NCBI GenBank assembly: GCA_046861655.1
Contig: JBHIAI010000008.1
Coordinates: 1 to 35,610, forward strand
Length of the DNA: 35,610 bases
Direction of reading: 5' to 3'
Origin: Fidelibacterota bacterium
Lineage (GTDB): Bacteria; Fidelibacterota; Marinisomatia; Marinisomatales; S15-B10
Part shown: positions 8,529 to 18,934 of the stretch, piece after piece
Position numbering within the stretch: position 1 is the stretch's first letter
How the letters are laid out: each line of letters begins with the position of its first letter
Program-made: the position numbers and the translations under genes
Notes under the pieces: generated by a model
What the model was told of the DNA's origin: nothing
Databases searched by the model: none
The model's input: the letters and a program-made list of their open reading frames with translations, nothing else

Positions 8529-9812
8529 CTACCGCCTGGGGTAGCCGTACGGCGAATAGTAGGGCTCGAGGAGCTCGTATTCACCGAAACCGTTGTAGTC
8601 CACAAAAAGAAATGAACGGTTGATAACATAATAGTGCCAGCGCTGGTACGACCTTCCGTCCCTGGCGAACAGATTAACTTCGATATCGTCGGGAGGACCG
8701 AAAAGGATGAAGATCATTCCCATGTCCGTTTTCCACCCGTCTTGAAAAGCGCCAAATCTTTCGTTGGAATACTCCACTCTGCGGTAATACTCATCCATCA
8801 ATTCGTTGGCAGGCGTGTTGGGGGTGGGATCCCGCTCCTTCCAGAACTGTCTGAACAATTCCTCTTGCTTTCCCTCTTCGGCCCGGCGAATCTTGCTGGA
8901 TTCTTCCGGTGTGGCGATGTACCGGATTTGATCTATGGCCTCTTCCAGGTCCCCCACATGGGTCGTGAGTCCGCCCCAGAGGACATCGATGGCGAGTTCG
9001 CCCCTCGAAACGGTTTCGGCCGCCAGAGCTTCCAGAACGATCTTGAACTTGTTCTCCCTGATGTTTCCCAGTTCGTAGGGAACCACTCTGGAGATTACCC
9101 TTTCAACGGAACGGGAGGTATCGATCTGTTCAACCAGCTGTTCATCCTTGACCGACACAACACGGGTCGTCAATACGTATTCTTCCACCGGCAACCGGAG
9201 TTCTAGAAAAATGTGAAACACGGACCGGCCGTCAGTGATTTGAGGCGGCAGAATGGGAGTCCCGTAGGGGAAGGATTCTGAAACGTTGTCGGGGTCTACC
9301 AGAAGCAAATCGCTCAGGACGGTCTCGCCCGTGAAGCGGGTCAGGTCCACAACGAACGTCTTCTTGTCCGATTTGTGGGTATCCATGTCTTTCAGTTCCA
9401 CGATACAATTGTAGCTCTGGGGTTTGAGAAAGAAGGAAGCCTTTTCCAGTTCAAACAATTTCGGCGAAACGGTCTCCTTGTATCCAGAGGTTTCCACGTT
9501 CCGGACCCAGATCTTACCGTCCACCTGGATCCCGGCCGTCGTCTGTACGCTGACGGAAAGCTCATATTGAGCTTCAAACCGATTCCCTTTCCTGAGAAAC
9601 TGAATCGCATCGTAGGGAACCTTTATGATGGCGTCCAGGCGAACGGAGTCGGGAGAAGAAGTGGGATAGGCTGGAATCGTCGCCTGGAAATAGGGAAAGC
9701 CCAGGGGTTTCTTCCTGTCCTGCTGGGGCATCAGCGACGCGGTTCCTGACGGGACGGGCAATACGGCCAGGAGTGCGAACATTATGGGCCAGGCTCGAAA
9801 AACCAGATTCAC
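8529..9812 (-). CDS. GWxTD domain-containing secreted protein
   Basis: FWKERDPTP..N...EYYRRV...GWKTDMG...FGPPD; hydrophobic N-terminus. GTG start at 9812 overlaps the upstream TGA. Confidence 0.88.
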   Translation of the reverse strand: MNLVFRAWPIMFALLAVLPVPSGTASLMPQQDRKKPLGFPYFQATIPAYPTSSPDSVRLDAIIKVPYDAIQFLRKGNRFEAQYELSVSVQTTAGIQVDGKIWVRNVETSGYKETVSPKLFELEKASFFLKPQSYNCIVELKDMDTHKSDKKTFVVDLTRFTGETVLSDLLLVDPDNVSESFPYGTPILPPQITDGRSVFHIFLELRLPVEEYVLTTRVVSVKDEQLVEQIDTSRSVERVISRVVPYELGNIRENKFKIVLEALAAETVSRGELAIDVLWGGLTTHVGDLEEAIDQIRYIATPEESSKIRRAEEGKQEELFRQFWKERDPTPNTPANELMDEYYRRVEYSNERFGAFQDGWKTDMGMIFILFGPPDDIEVNLFARDGRSYQRWHYYVINRSFLFVDYNGFGEYELLEPYYSPYGYPRR

Positions 9813-11446
9813 TTCAGATGCTTTCTCCACTTGAACATTACCAGTCCTTCAGGAGTTCCAAACCACACCACCTCGCTCCCGACGATTATGGACCTGATCA
9901 CGTTGGAGGGAAGGCCATCCCGGACGGTGAATCGCCGGGTATACCCCGTGGCGAGATTCATGGCCAATACCCCTTCTGTCGTCCCCACCCAGATGATGTC
10001 GTCCTCCTTTTTCGGACCTTCATACAGCCCAAGAACGAGAATGACAAACCCCACAAGGCGTGACTGTCCCGTGAGTCGGGTCCATTCCCGGGTGGTTCTG
10101 TCAAAGGCCAAGAGGCCCAGTTCGTCCCCAAAATAAACCATACTGTCAGAAGAAACAATAGCGGCTACGGTCGACATCACCGGTTGCCAGTTCTCGACCC
10201 CTTCCGGTTCGTCTTCGGAAGGTTCATCCCCATAACTTCCGTACCTGCGGACCTGCTCAGCGACAGGATCCCACCGCCATATGCCCAGATCGGTGGAAAT
10301 CCACAGAGAATTCCCATCCCAATGGAGGGCCCGCACGGGAAGGTTTTGAAGCCGTCCCGAAAGGTCCCAGCTGACGGATTCCTTGGATGTGGGCGAAACC
10401 CGGGAAAGACCTTCCGGAGTTCCTGCATAGACGTAGACTCCATCAAAGGCGATGAAGGTAATCCGGCTGTCCTTCAAGCCCCGTTCCTCGGAGAGCAAGA
10501 ACCACGAGTTGTTTTCCTGATCATAGATTTCAATCCCGCCTGGGGTCCCCAGCCACCATTCCTTCTCCACCCGGGTTCCGCAGTACACTTGATCCTCTCC
10601 AAAGGGGATTTCGTATCCCACCCGGAACCAGTCCCAGGTCCGTCTCCCTGCGTCGAACAGGGTGATTCCGGTCGCATCAGTGGGTCGAGCGATGCCCCCA
10701 ACCCACATCCCCCGGGATGTCTCCACAAGGACCTCTGAATTGGTCTGGGCGGGACCTGTGATGAGAGGAGTCAGTTGCCGCATCTGACCGTCTCCATAGA
10801 ATACTGGGCCCGCCCACGTCCCCACCCACATGTCGCCAAATCGGTCCTGATACGCCGTGGAAACGTACACTTCTTCCATGTGGGGACCCCTGAGAATATC
10901 CACTTCGTTGATCCATCCGCCGGTGGCCACGAAGTCGTTCAGGATTTCCAGATCCTTCCAGTATCCTACGGACGGGGCACTCCCCCAGCTCACGTTCTTC
11001 TCTGGGAGGGTGGCGTACGGCGTGATGACGAACCCTGAAAGATGATCCAGTTTCAGGGTTTGACTGGTGGTGATGCACCATAGGTGATCCGGCGTGGAGC
11101 CGATACGGATGATCCTCTCCCCCGGCCGTAATCCCAGGGCCTCCCTGGTTACCGACTGCCACTGGCGTCCGCCATCGGAAGAGTAGTTCAGGTCTGACGA
11201 AGTCGCCGCCCATAGAAACTGAGTGTGGAAGTCATAGTACACGGCCCGAACATCATCGTGACTCAGTCCCTGGGAACGGGTGATGGGATGGTCCCAGTAC
11301 TTCCCGAACAAATGGTACCTCTGAATCCCCCCGTTGGTACCCAGGTAAATGTATTCCCTCCCCTCGGTGATGGATGAGACAAACTGACTGTTTCTGTATG
11401 TCACCCAGTCCCAGGGGTCGTATTCAACCGCCTTCTGGGCCCCCAA
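9809..11446 (-). CDS. Beta-propeller repeat protein (two-component-regulator-propeller-like), probably secreted
   Basis: Repeated WxGTxxG blades and GL(S/P)xx motifs (GLSHDDV, GLKDSRI, DGLPSNVI). The true start is probably upstream of 11446. Confidence 0.75.
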   Translation of the reverse strand: MGAQKAVEYDPWDWVTYRNSQFVSSITEGREYIYLGTNGGIQRYHLFGKYWDHPITRSQGLSHDDVRAVYYDFHTQFLWAATSSDLNYSSDGGRQWQSVTREALGLRPGERIIRIGSTPDHLWCITTSQTLKLDHLSGFVITPYATLPEKNVSWGSAPSVGYWKDLEILNDFVATGGWINEVDILRGPHMEEVYVSTAYQDRFGDMWVGTWAGPVFYGDGQMRQLTPLITGPAQTNSEVLVETSRGMWVGGIARPTDATGITLFDAGRRTWDWFRVGYEIPFGEDQVYCGTRVEKEWWLGTPGGIEIYDQENNSWFLLSEERGLKDSRITFIAFDGVYVYAGTPEGLSRVSPTSKESVSWDLSGRLQNLPVRALHWDGNSLWISTDLGIWRWDPVAEQVRRYGSYGDEPSEDEPEGVENWQPVMSTVAAIVSSDSMVYFGDELGLLAFDRTTREWTRLTGQSRLVGFVILVLGLYEGPKKEDDIIWVGTTEGVLAMNLATGYTRRFTVRDGLPSNVIRSIIVGSEVVWFGTPEGLVMFKWRKHLK

Positions 11447-11513
11447 CCAGGATGTCGTTACCAGTAGTAAGAGGACCTGTCCGACAGGCTCCAGAGATGG
11501 GATCCTGGGGCAG

Positions 11514-12497
11514 TCAGGTGTTATGGTCGATGATGATTTCGTGTAGGTTGTCCCGGGTGATGGGCACCACCCCTACTTCCTCGCAGACCCGTCCAGCAGC
11601 GTAGTTCGCCACGGTGGCCGCCTCCTGTGGCGATGCACCCGATATGTGAGCCAGGCAGAAGCTCGCGATGACAGTATCACCCGCACCGGACACATCGTGA
11701 ACGCTTCTGGCCCTGGTGGGTATCCGGTGATGTCCAGATCCATCGAAAAGGGACATTCCCTTTTCACTCCGTGTGATCAAAAGAATCTCGCAGTCAAGTT
11801 TTTCCCTGAGAGCCTGACCGGATTCCACCACAGTATCCTCCACCGAAAAATCGAGCCCCGTGGCCCTGCTGACTTCCTGCTGATTGGGTTTGACTAGAGT
11901 CATGCCCGAATAGCTGAAGAAATTTTCATATTTGGGATCGGCGTACATAGGGATGACCTCCTTCTGACATATCTCTTTCACCCGGTCGACGAATGCGGGA
12001 ACCAGAAGGCCCTTGTTATAGTCCTGAAAAATAACAGCGTCACAGCTACCCAGAACGGATTTCACTTCCTCTTTCAACCTCTTGAGCACGTCCTCTCCCG
12101 ACGGACTCACGTCCTCCCAGTCCGTCCGCACCACCTGCTGCCCCTGGGCAATGATGCGGGTCTTGACCGTTGTGGGTTTGGCTGGATCCACCAACACCCC
12201 CTGAACATCGATTCCCAGGTCATTGAGAATCGACTTAAGCCGGGCGCCGTCGGGATCGTCTCCCACTGCGCCAGTCACCAGCACCCGGGCCCCCAGAGAC
12301 CGGAGGTTATAGGCAACATTGGCTGCACCGCCGGGATTGCTCCCGGTGGATTCGATTTTCACCACGGGGACAGGGGCTTCAGGGGATATTCGTCCTGCGT
12401 GACCCCACAGGTAATTGTCCAGAATAAGATCCCCGATCACAAGAACGGTCTTGGACCCAAAACCCTTTTCAAGCTCTTTGTACCGGGCGGGATTCAC
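11514..12497 (-). CDS. rfaE1: D-glycero-beta-D-manno-heptose-7-phosphate kinase (HldE domain I)
   Basis: RISPEAPVPVV, GGAANVA, DYNKG and DVSGAGDT motifs. Confidence 0.93.
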   Translation of the reverse strand: MNPARYKELEKGFGSKTVLVIGDLILDNYLWGHAGRISPEAPVPVVKIESTGSNPGGAANVAYNLRSLGARVLVTGAVGDDPDGARLKSILNDLGIDVQGVLVDPAKPTTVKTRIIAQGQQVVRTDWEDVSPSGEDVLKRLKEEVKSVLGSCDAVIFQDYNKGLLVPAFVDRVKEICQKEVIPMYADPKYENFFSYSGMTLVKPNQQEVSRATGLDFSVEDTVVESGQALREKLDCEILLITRSEKGMSLFDGSGHHRIPTRARSVHDVSGAGDTVIASFCLAHISGASPQEAATVANYAAGRVCEEVGVVPITRDNLHEIIIDHNT

Positions 12498-14035
12498 GAT
12501 CGGATGAGAAGACTTCTTCCGGTCATATCCGATGGGATGGAAATACCCAGGAAGTCAAGTATGGTGGGAGCCACGTCCGCCAGTCCTCCGCCCGGATCCA
12601 GGGAAATCTCATCGGGGGAGGGACTGACCGGGATAAACGGAACGGGGTTCACGGTATGGGCGGTGTGTTCTTCACCCCCGTCCTCGGCTTCCATGATTTC
12701 AGCATTACCATGATCTGCGGTGATGAAGGCTGCCGCCCCCTGCTTCACCGCCGCATCCACCACCTCTCCTGTCACCCGGTCGGCCTCCTCAACAGCCCGG
12801 ACGGTGGCTTTCAGGTTCCCCGTGTGGCCCACCATATCGGGGTTAGCCAGATTCACGATGATGCAATCATAGGAGTCGTCATCAATGGCCTGCAGGACCG
12901 TGTCCTTGATCCCCTCCGCGCTCATTTCCGGCATTTGATCATAGGTGGCAACCTTGGGGGAGGGGATAAGAATCCGGTCTTCCCGGAAAAGGGGTGTTTC
13001 CTTCCCACCGTTGAAGAAATAGGTCACATGAGCGTATTTTTCCGTCTCAGCCACCCTGAGCTGATGATAGCCCTCGTTTGCCAGTACTTCACCAAAGATG
13101 TTTGTCAGGGAAACGGGACTGAAGACCACAGGAAACGTGAAGGTATCGTCGTAGGAAGTCATGGTGGCGGTAAAAACAGGTCCCATCACTCTGGGAAATT
13201 CCTGGAATTCCTCTCCCCCCAATGCCCGGGCGATCTGTCTCATGCGGTCCGCACGAAAGTTGAAACAGAACAGGGCATCGTTTTCCTTGACGGTGGGGAC
13301 ACCGTTGCCGGAATTGAGCACCACGGGCCGGATGAATTCGTCGGTGACACCCCGATCATACGACGCCTGAATGGCCGCCAGCGAATCGGCGAACGATTCC
13401 CCCTTGCCTGCCACCAGGGCCCGGTAGGCCAGTTCGGTGCGCTCCCACCGTTTGTCCCGGTCCATGGCGTAGTAACGACCCATCACGGTGGCCACCGCAC
13501 CCACTCCGAGCTCACCCATTCTTTTCATCACCTGGCGCACGTACCGGACCCCCGATCTTGGGGAGGTATCCCGCCCGTCGGTGACGGCATGAACGTACAC
13601 CGGGTTTATCCCCTCCTCTTTCGCCAATTTCAGGAGCGCGAAGAGGTGGTCCAGGTGGCTGTGAACACCCGCATCGGACACCAGTCCCAACAGATGAAGG
13701 GCCGTCTTGTTTTCCCGAACAAAGGAGAATACATCCCTGAGTACGGTACTTTTCCCCAGGTTATCCGAGTCGATCGCCTCGTTGATCCTCACCAGGTCAT
13801 GCCGTACGATTCTACCCGCACCGATGGTCAGGTGACCAACTTCCGAATTGCCGATCACTCCCTCGGGAAGCCCCACCGCAGGTCCGGCCGCCTCCAGGCT
13901 CGTCCAGGGATGCTCCCGGAGGAGCCGGTCCAGGGCGGGCGTGCGGGCCAGTCTGAAAGCATTGGCGTGCTTCGAATCCCTGAGTCCCAGACCATCCAGG
14001 ATGACGAGAACAAACTTCAGACGCTGTGACGTCAT
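12494..14035 (-). CDS. gpmI: 2,3-bisphosphoglycerate-independent phosphoglycerate mutase
   Basis: ILDG, GNSEVGH, GRYYAMDRD, ETEKYAHVTYFFNGG, DMVGHTG, ADHGN. ATG at 14035 overlaps the upstream TGA. Confidence 0.97.
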   Translation of the reverse strand: MTSQRLKFVLVILDGLGLRDSKHANAFRLARTPALDRLLREHPWTSLEAAGPAVGLPEGVIGNSEVGHLTIGAGRIVRHDLVRINEAIDSDNLGKSTVLRDVFSFVRENKTALHLLGLVSDAGVHSHLDHLFALLKLAKEEGINPVYVHAVTDGRDTSPRSGVRYVRQVMKRMGELGVGAVATVMGRYYAMDRDKRWERTELAYRALVAGKGESFADSLAAIQASYDRGVTDEFIRPVVLNSGNGVPTVKENDALFCFNFRADRMRQIARALGGEEFQEFPRVMGPVFTATMTSYDDTFTFPVVFSPVSLTNIFGEVLANEGYHQLRVAETEKYAHVTYFFNGGKETPLFREDRILIPSPKVATYDQMPEMSAEGIKDTVLQAIDDDSYDCIIVNLANPDMVGHTGNLKATVRAVEEADRVTGEVVDAAVKQGAAAFITADHGNAEIMEAEDGGEEHTAHTVNPVPFIPVSPSPDEISLDPGGGLADVAPTILDFLGISIPSDMTGRSLLIRS

Positions 14036-15012
14036 TCTCCCCCTCCTGCCAGGACCGCCAGATGAGCTTCGGCACATTCACGCAGAGCCACAAGGTCGTA
14101 GCCCCCTTCCAAGACTGAAAGCAGGCGACCGCAGCATACTTCCTCCGCCAGGTCGGCCGTTATCTTGGTCATCATCTTGAAGGCCTCAGTGGACACATCC
14201 ATATTGGCCAGTGGATCCCGGGCGTGAGCGTCAAACCCGCAAGACACGATGATAAGTCCAGGTCGAAACCTCAAGACTGTGTCGGAGACAGAGTTTTCCA
14301 TAATGTCCAGATATTCCCGGTCGCCGCTTCCGGCTCGAAGGGGAAAATTCTGGGTGGTCCCCAGCCCCGGTCCCGTCCCCGTCTCTGTCCGGTCCCCTGT
14401 GCCCGGGTAGAAGGGATACTGGTGAAGACTGACATAGAAGACGGATGGATCGGATTCAAAAATGTGCTGGGTTCCGTTCCCGTGATGGACGTCCCAGTCG
14501 AGAATGAAGATGCGTTCCACATCGAAAGTTTCCTGTGCGTACCGGGCAGCTACGGCTACATGGTTGAACAGACAAAACCCCATGGCTGTCCCGGTCTCGG
14601 CGTGATGCCCTGGAGGTCTTACCAGGCAGAACGCGTTCCTTACGGAGCCGTGGGAGATCTGCCTCACGGCTTCCGTCACCCCTCCGGTGGCCAAAAGGCC
14701 CACCGAAAAGGAATCTTCGCTGATAACCGTATCGCCTCCGTCGAGCACCCGCCGCCCTCTGGAATAGGCCCCCTCAAGCCCGTCCACATAATCGTCGTCG
14801 TGGACCAACCCAACGGTCTCCCGCGATGCCGGTTGTGGATGAATGATCTTAAGGGATGCTCCCAGGCGTACCGACTCTATGTGATCCATGATGGTTTCCA
14901 GCCGACTGGGACTTTCAGGGTGTCCGGGCCCGGGGTTGTGTTTCAGGTAGTCCGGGCTGAATATCAATCCCGTGGGGTATGATGCCTGGGCGGATACTGG
15001 CGAAACCCTCAC
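14032..15012 (-). CDS. Histone deacetylase family Zn-dependent deacylase
   Basis: HPE, RPPGHHA, GFC, DWDVHHGNGTQ, GFDAH and LEGGY motifs. Confidence 0.95.
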   Translation of the reverse strand: MRVSPVSAQASYPTGLIFSPDYLKHNPGPGHPESPSRLETIMDHIESVRLGASLKIIHPQPASRETVGLVHDDDYVDGLEGAYSRGRRVLDGGDTVISEDSFSVGLLATGGVTEAVRQISHGSVRNAFCLVRPPGHHAETGTAMGFCLFNHVAVAARYAQETFDVERIFILDWDVHHGNGTQHIFESDPSVFYVSLHQYPFYPGTGDRTETGTGPGLGTTQNFPLRAGSGDREYLDIMENSVSDTVLRFRPGLIIVSCGFDAHARDPLANMDVSTEAFKMMTKITADLAEEVCCGRLLSVLEGGYDLVALRECAEAHLAVLAGGGE

Positions 15013-15683
15013 TGTCCTTTTTTCAGCGACCGCACCTTGGAGATATGGCCGTTATCCAGCGACACCAGCACCGAAGCAACACTCTTGACGTTACCTATGT
15101 CCGTGCTTGAAAGGATCAGGGTGGTGCCTCTTTTCCTCGCACTGTAGGAGAGCCGCCGGTCGAAATCCCGTCTCATCTGGGTATCGAAGTTAATGCCGTA
15201 GTCATCGACGATCAAAACCTTGGGATCGGATTCTATGGCCACGATCATGTTCATGCGGTAGCTATGCCCCCTGGAGAGGCTGGGCACGGCCATCTCCCAT
15301 TCCGTGGAGAGGGGAGGCCGGGAATAGTACTGACGCTGGATGTAATCGACCCTCTCAGGCAGCCGCTTCTTGAGGTACTCCTGAACCGTTCCGGTAAAGC
15401 CGTCCGATTCTTCCTCCAGAAACACGATTTCGGACGGTACTTTGATTCTTCCCAGCCAGGTCCGGGCGAACCGTTTCTTTTCGTACAGTACCTTTCCCTC
15501 GGTGGGTTTGATCCGGCCCGCCAGGATTTCCAGCAGCGTGGTCTTACCGGACCCCACGGGGCCAAGAATGCCATACGGAGTTCCCCTGTGGAACTGAAAC
15601 TGACTGATTTTGAGGGCCGTCCGGCCGTCTCGAGTGACCCGGAGATTTTCTAGCTCAAAGATGGGAACCTGTATTCTGTTCAT
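15009..15683 (-). CDS. ABC-type ATP-binding protein with degenerate motifs
   Basis: Walker A GPVGSGKTT; signature LSRGH; Walker B LIVDD; AAGGAG SD; no permease gene adjacent. Confidence 0.8.
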   Translation of the reverse strand: MNRIQVPIFELENLRVTRDGRTALKISQFQFHRGTPYGILGPVGSGKTTLLEILAGRIKPTEGKVLYEKKRFARTWLGRIKVPSEIVFLEEESDGFTGTVQEYLKKRLPERVDYIQRQYYSRPPLSTEWEMAVPSLSRGHSYRMNMIVAIESDPKVLIVDDYGINFDTQMRRDFDRRLSYSARKRGTTLILSSTDIGNVKSVASVLVSLDNGHISKVRSLKKGQ

Positions 15684-15705
15684 CTACGGCCTCTCCTTCC
15701 GGTTC

Positions 15706-15752
15706 CTCATCAGGTCGCGAAAGGTCCTGATGAGTGTCCCGCCAGGCGGGAC
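15706..15752. repeat. Two adjacent perfect inverted repeats
   Basis: CTCATCAGG(15706-15714)/CCTGATGAG(15726-15734) and GTCCCGCC-A-GGCGGGAC (15736-15752). Confidence 0.75.
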
Positions 15753-15795
15753 CATCCATTCAGGTCATCTCAATCCCGGGATGGGAGGGGGGAGA

Positions 15796-16728
15796 TTAAC
15801 TGGCCGAACGTTCGGAGAGAAATCTTTCGGCGTCGAGGGCCGCCATGCAGCCGCTACCGGCCGCCGTCACAGCCTGTCGATACACAAAATCCTGAACATC
15901 TCCCGCTGCGAATACGCCCTCGACGGACGTGTGAGTCGAACCGTTACGGGTGACAATATAACCTTTTTCATTGGTTTCCAGCTGCCCGTCAAAAATGGAG
16001 GTGTTGGGGATGTGCCCGATGGCGAGAAATACGCCATCACAGGAAAACTCCCGCGTCTGAGATGTCACTGTGTCCTTCAACACAACCCCCGTGACCCCCG
16101 TTTCGGAAGTTCCCAAAATGTCCTCAACCACTGAATTCCAGATGAAATCAATCTTCGGGTGCTTCTTGGCCCGTTCCTGCATGATCCTGGAAGCCCTCAA
16201 CTCATCCCTGCGATGAACCACAAACACCTCCTGGACAAACTTGGTGAGGAAAAGGGACTCTTCCATGGCAGAATCCCCTCCCCCAACCACAACCACACGC
16301 TTGTCCTTGAAAAAGAAGCCGTCGCACGTGGCACACGCGGAAACACCGTGACCCATCAACTTCGATTCTGACTCCAGTCCTAACAATCTGGCCGATGCAC
16401 CCGTGGAAATGATCAAGGCCTCAGCCTCGTAACGATCATCGCCGACCCACACCTTGAAAGGTCTCTCCGTCAGATCCACCCTGGTTACATGCTTGAACTG
16501 GCACGCAGCCCCGAATCTGGTGGCCTGATTCCGGAATAGATCCATCAGCTCGGGCCCCAGGACGCCATCAGGAAAACCGGGAAAGTTTTCTACATCCGTG
16601 GTGATAGTGAGCTGTCCCCCCGGCTGATTTCCCTCAAACACCAGGGGTTCGAGATTGGCCCTGGCCGTGTAGATGGCTGCCGTTAATCCGGCGGCTCCCG
16701 AACCGATAATGATGACCTTGTGAACCAT
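15796..16728 (-). CDS. trxB: Thioredoxin reductase
   Basis: [25 protein letters not shown] and AAGDV motifs. Confidence 0.98.
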   Translation of the reverse strand: MVHKVIIIGSGAAGLTAAIYTARANLEPLVFEGNQPGGQLTITTDVENFPGFPDGVLGPELMDLFRNQATRFGAACQFKHVTRVDLTERPFKVWVGDDRYEAEALIISTGASARLLGLESESKLMGHGVSACATCDGFFFKDKRVVVVGGGDSAMEESLFLTKFVQEVFVVHRRDELRASRIMQERAKKHPKIDFIWNSVVEDILGTSETGVTGVVLKDTVTSQTREFSCDGVFLAIGHIPNTSIFDGQLETNEKGYIVTRNGSTHTSVEGVFAAGDVQDFVYRQAVTAAGSGCMAALDAERFLSERSAS

Positions 16729-17060
16729 TAATTATCCAAAACTTTATCCAGTACCTGGGTAATGGATTCCTTCGGCACCGCCCCCACAATCTGATCGGAG
16801 ATGGTACCCTCCTTGAAAACTAAGAGGTTCGGAATGCTCCGGATTCCGAATTCCGTAGCCGTACCCGGATTGTCATCCACATTCAGCCTGCCCACCTTCA
16901 GCTTTCCCTCGTACTTCCCCGCTATCTCCCTCACGTGAGGCTCGATCATCCGACACGGAGCACACCATTCCGCCCAAAAATCGACCAGAACGGGCAGGTC
17001 CGAACCGAGAACTTCAGACTCAAAATTACTATCCGTAAACTCTGCTAGCTTTCCACCCAT
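16728..17060 (-). CDS. trxA: Thioredoxin
   Basis: [10 protein letters not shown] active site; SIP; 110 aa. Confidence 0.97.
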   Translation of the reverse strand: MGGKLAEFTDSNFESEVLGSDLPVLVDFWAEWCAPCRMIEPHVREIAGKYEGKLKVGRLNVDDNPGTATEFGIRSIPNLLVFKEGTISDQIVGAVPKESITQVLDKVLDN

Positions 17061-17107
17061 ATTCCCCCCATTTTGCTTTCAGCAATTCAACCTGGTACTC
17101 ACACACA

Positions 17108-17135
17108 AATTTAACCTCCCCTGTGAATTCATCAA
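17108..17135 (-). promoter_or_regulatory. Putative sigma70 promoter of trxA-trxB
   Basis: TTGATG-16-TAAATT on the minus strand. Confidence 0.45.
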
Positions 17136-17192
17136 AAGGGAGAAACCTCGAAAGAGTTCAACGGTAAGGTCCGCGACAGTCAAGTCCAGGCC

Positions 17193-18419
17193 CTACCCGG
17201 AAGGTTTAAGCCTGACTCTCAAAAACCTTCTCTTGCCCACTTTCAATATTCGCTCTGTATCCACCTCCAGCCTGTGGGCGGTATCCGTCACCTTTTCCCC
17301 GTCGACCCGTACCGCTCCCTGGGTCACCAGTCTCCGGGCCTCCCCTTTGGAAGAAGCCAAACCGGAATCAAAAAGAAGCTGAACGATGGAGACCGGACTG
17401 GACGGCACCGGAAAGGTTTTCATCTCTTCGGGCGCCTCCTTGTTCACAAAGATCCGGTCGAACTTGGATTCCGCCTCAAGAGCCGCCTCCCGGGAATGGT
17501 AAAGGGCCACGATTTCCCTGGCCAGACGCCTTTTTAGATCCCTGGGATTGACCGATTCCTCGGCGAGCTGAGTCTTAATCTCCTCCAGATCGTCCGTTGA
17601 AATGTCGGTGGCCAGTTCGAAATAGGAAAGAATCAGGGTGTCGGGAATGGACAGGGTCTTGCCGTACATCTCCTCAGGTGTCTCGGTGAGACCGATGGCA
17701 TTGTCATAAGACTTCGACATTTTTCTTACCCCGTCCGTTCCCTCCAGAAGGGGCGTCGTTATTACCACCTGGGGGTCCTGATCATAATCCCGCTGAAGAT
17801 CCCGTCCCAGAAGAAGATTGAATTTCTGATCCGTCCCTCCCAGTTCCACGTCAGCTTTCAGCTCGATGGAATCCATGGCCTGGGCAAGGGGATAAAGAAA
17901 CTCATGGATGGATATGGGGGTTTCGTTCCGGTAGCGGGATTCAAAATCGTTCCTCTCCAGCATCCGGGCTACCGTATAATGGCTGGCAAGCTTTATCACA
18001 TCTTCAAAGGACATGTTCCCCAGCCACTGGGAATTGTGAACGATCTCCAGGCGGTCCGTGTCCAGCACCGCCGACGCCTGATCCACGTACGTCTTCCCGT
18101 AGTCCCGGGTCTGTTCCGCGGTCATCTGGGGACGGGTGGCGCTGGTCCCGGAGGGATCGCCGATCATAGCCGTAAAATCACCCACCACCAGGACCGCCCT
18201 GTGGCCCAAGTCCTGAAACTGCCTGAGCTTTCGCAGGACCACCGCATGACCGATGTGGAGATCGGGCCGGCTAGGATCGCAGCCCAGTTTGACCACCAGT
18301 CCTTTTCCGGTCTCGAGGGACTTCCGGAGTTTTGCTTCCAGCTCCTCCTCGGAGATAATCTCCTCCGTTCCCCGCCGGATGAGATCCATCTGATCTTTTA
18401 CTTGGGAAAACTGGGTCAT
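17193..18419 (-). CDS. tyrS: Tyrosine--tRNA ligase
   Basis: [17 protein letters not shown] and a C-terminal S4 domain. ATG at 18419 overlaps the smpB TGA. Confidence 0.97.
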   Translation of the reverse strand: MTQFSQVKDQMDLIRRGTEEIISEEELEAKLRKSLETGKGLVVKLGCDPSRPDLHIGHAVVLRKLRQFQDLGHRAVLVVGDFTAMIGDPSGTSATRPQMTAEQTRDYGKTYVDQASAVLDTDRLEIVHNSQWLGNMSFEDVIKLASHYTVARMLERNDFESRYRNETPISIHEFLYPLAQAMDSIELKADVELGGTDQKFNLLLGRDLQRDYDQDPQVVITTPLLEGTDGVRKMSKSYDNAIGLTETPEEMYGKTLSIPDTLILSYFELATDISTDDLEEIKTQLAEESVNPRDLKRRLAREIVALYHSREAALEAESKFDRIFVNKEAPEEMKTFPVPSSPVSIVQLLFDSGLASSKGEARRLVTQGAVRVDGEKVTDTAHRLEVDTERILKVGKRRFLRVRLKPSG

Positions 18420-18883
18420 TTGGCCTGTTTTCTGTTCTTCAAATCCCGTTCCAGGATCCGTTGCCGGTCTCGTTCCGCCAGGGCCCGTTTTTTCTCGTAC
18501 TGACGCTTTCCTTTCGCCAGCGCAACCTCCACCTTGGCCCATCCGTCCTTGAAATATACCTTGAGAGGGACAAGCGTGCGGCCTTTCGTGGTTACCTCGC
18601 GGGCAAGCTTACGGATTTCCCTCCTGTGGAGCAGCACTTTTCTGTCCCTGTACGGGTCATGTCCCTCAAAACCCGTGTGGGAATAGGGACCGATATGCAT
18701 CCCAACCAGAAACGCCTCCCCTTCCCGGAGGGTCACGTGGGCGTCCCGAAGATTGACTCTTCCTTCCCTCAAGCTCTTCACTTCGGTCCCTGTTAGAACG
18801 AGACCGGCTTCGAAGGAATCGAGGATGTGGTACTGATGAAAGGCCTTGCGGTTGGTGGTGACGGCTCTCGTGTCCGGGTCCAT
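18416..18883 (-). CDS. smpB: SsrA-binding protein
   Basis: [37 protein letters not shown] before the ATG at 18883. Confidence 0.97.
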   Translation of the reverse strand: MDPDTRAVTTNRKAFHQYHILDSFEAGLVLTGTEVKSLREGRVNLRDAHVTLREGEAFLVGMHIGPYSHTGFEGHDPYRDRKVLLHRREIRKLAREVTTKGRTLVPLKVYFKDGWAKVEVALAKGKRQYEKKRALAERDRQRILERDLKNRKQAK

Positions 18884-18896
18884 GATCGCCTCCGAA

Positions 18897-18925
18897 AAGT
18901 TAGACCCCGACCCGCCCACATTCAA
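18897..18925 (-). promoter_or_regulatory. Putative promoter of smpB-tyrS
   Basis: TTGAAT-17-TAACTT. Confidence 0.55.
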
Positions 18926-18934
18926 GCTTATTCC

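Noticed and set aside
12656..14029. Long plus-strand ORFs (also 2949-4106, 22802-23719 and 33784-35184)
   Set aside because: Antisense shadows of gpmI, trkA, the M3 peptidase and mscS, with no recognisable motifs. These are expected in GC-rich coding DNA.
15716..15760. Hammerhead ribozyme-like core (GAAA, GTC, CTGATGA followed by a GC stem)
   Set aside because: No GAAA follows the stem after CTGATGA on either strand, and the upstream GAAA is only 5 nt from CTGATGA, leaving no room for stems I and III.
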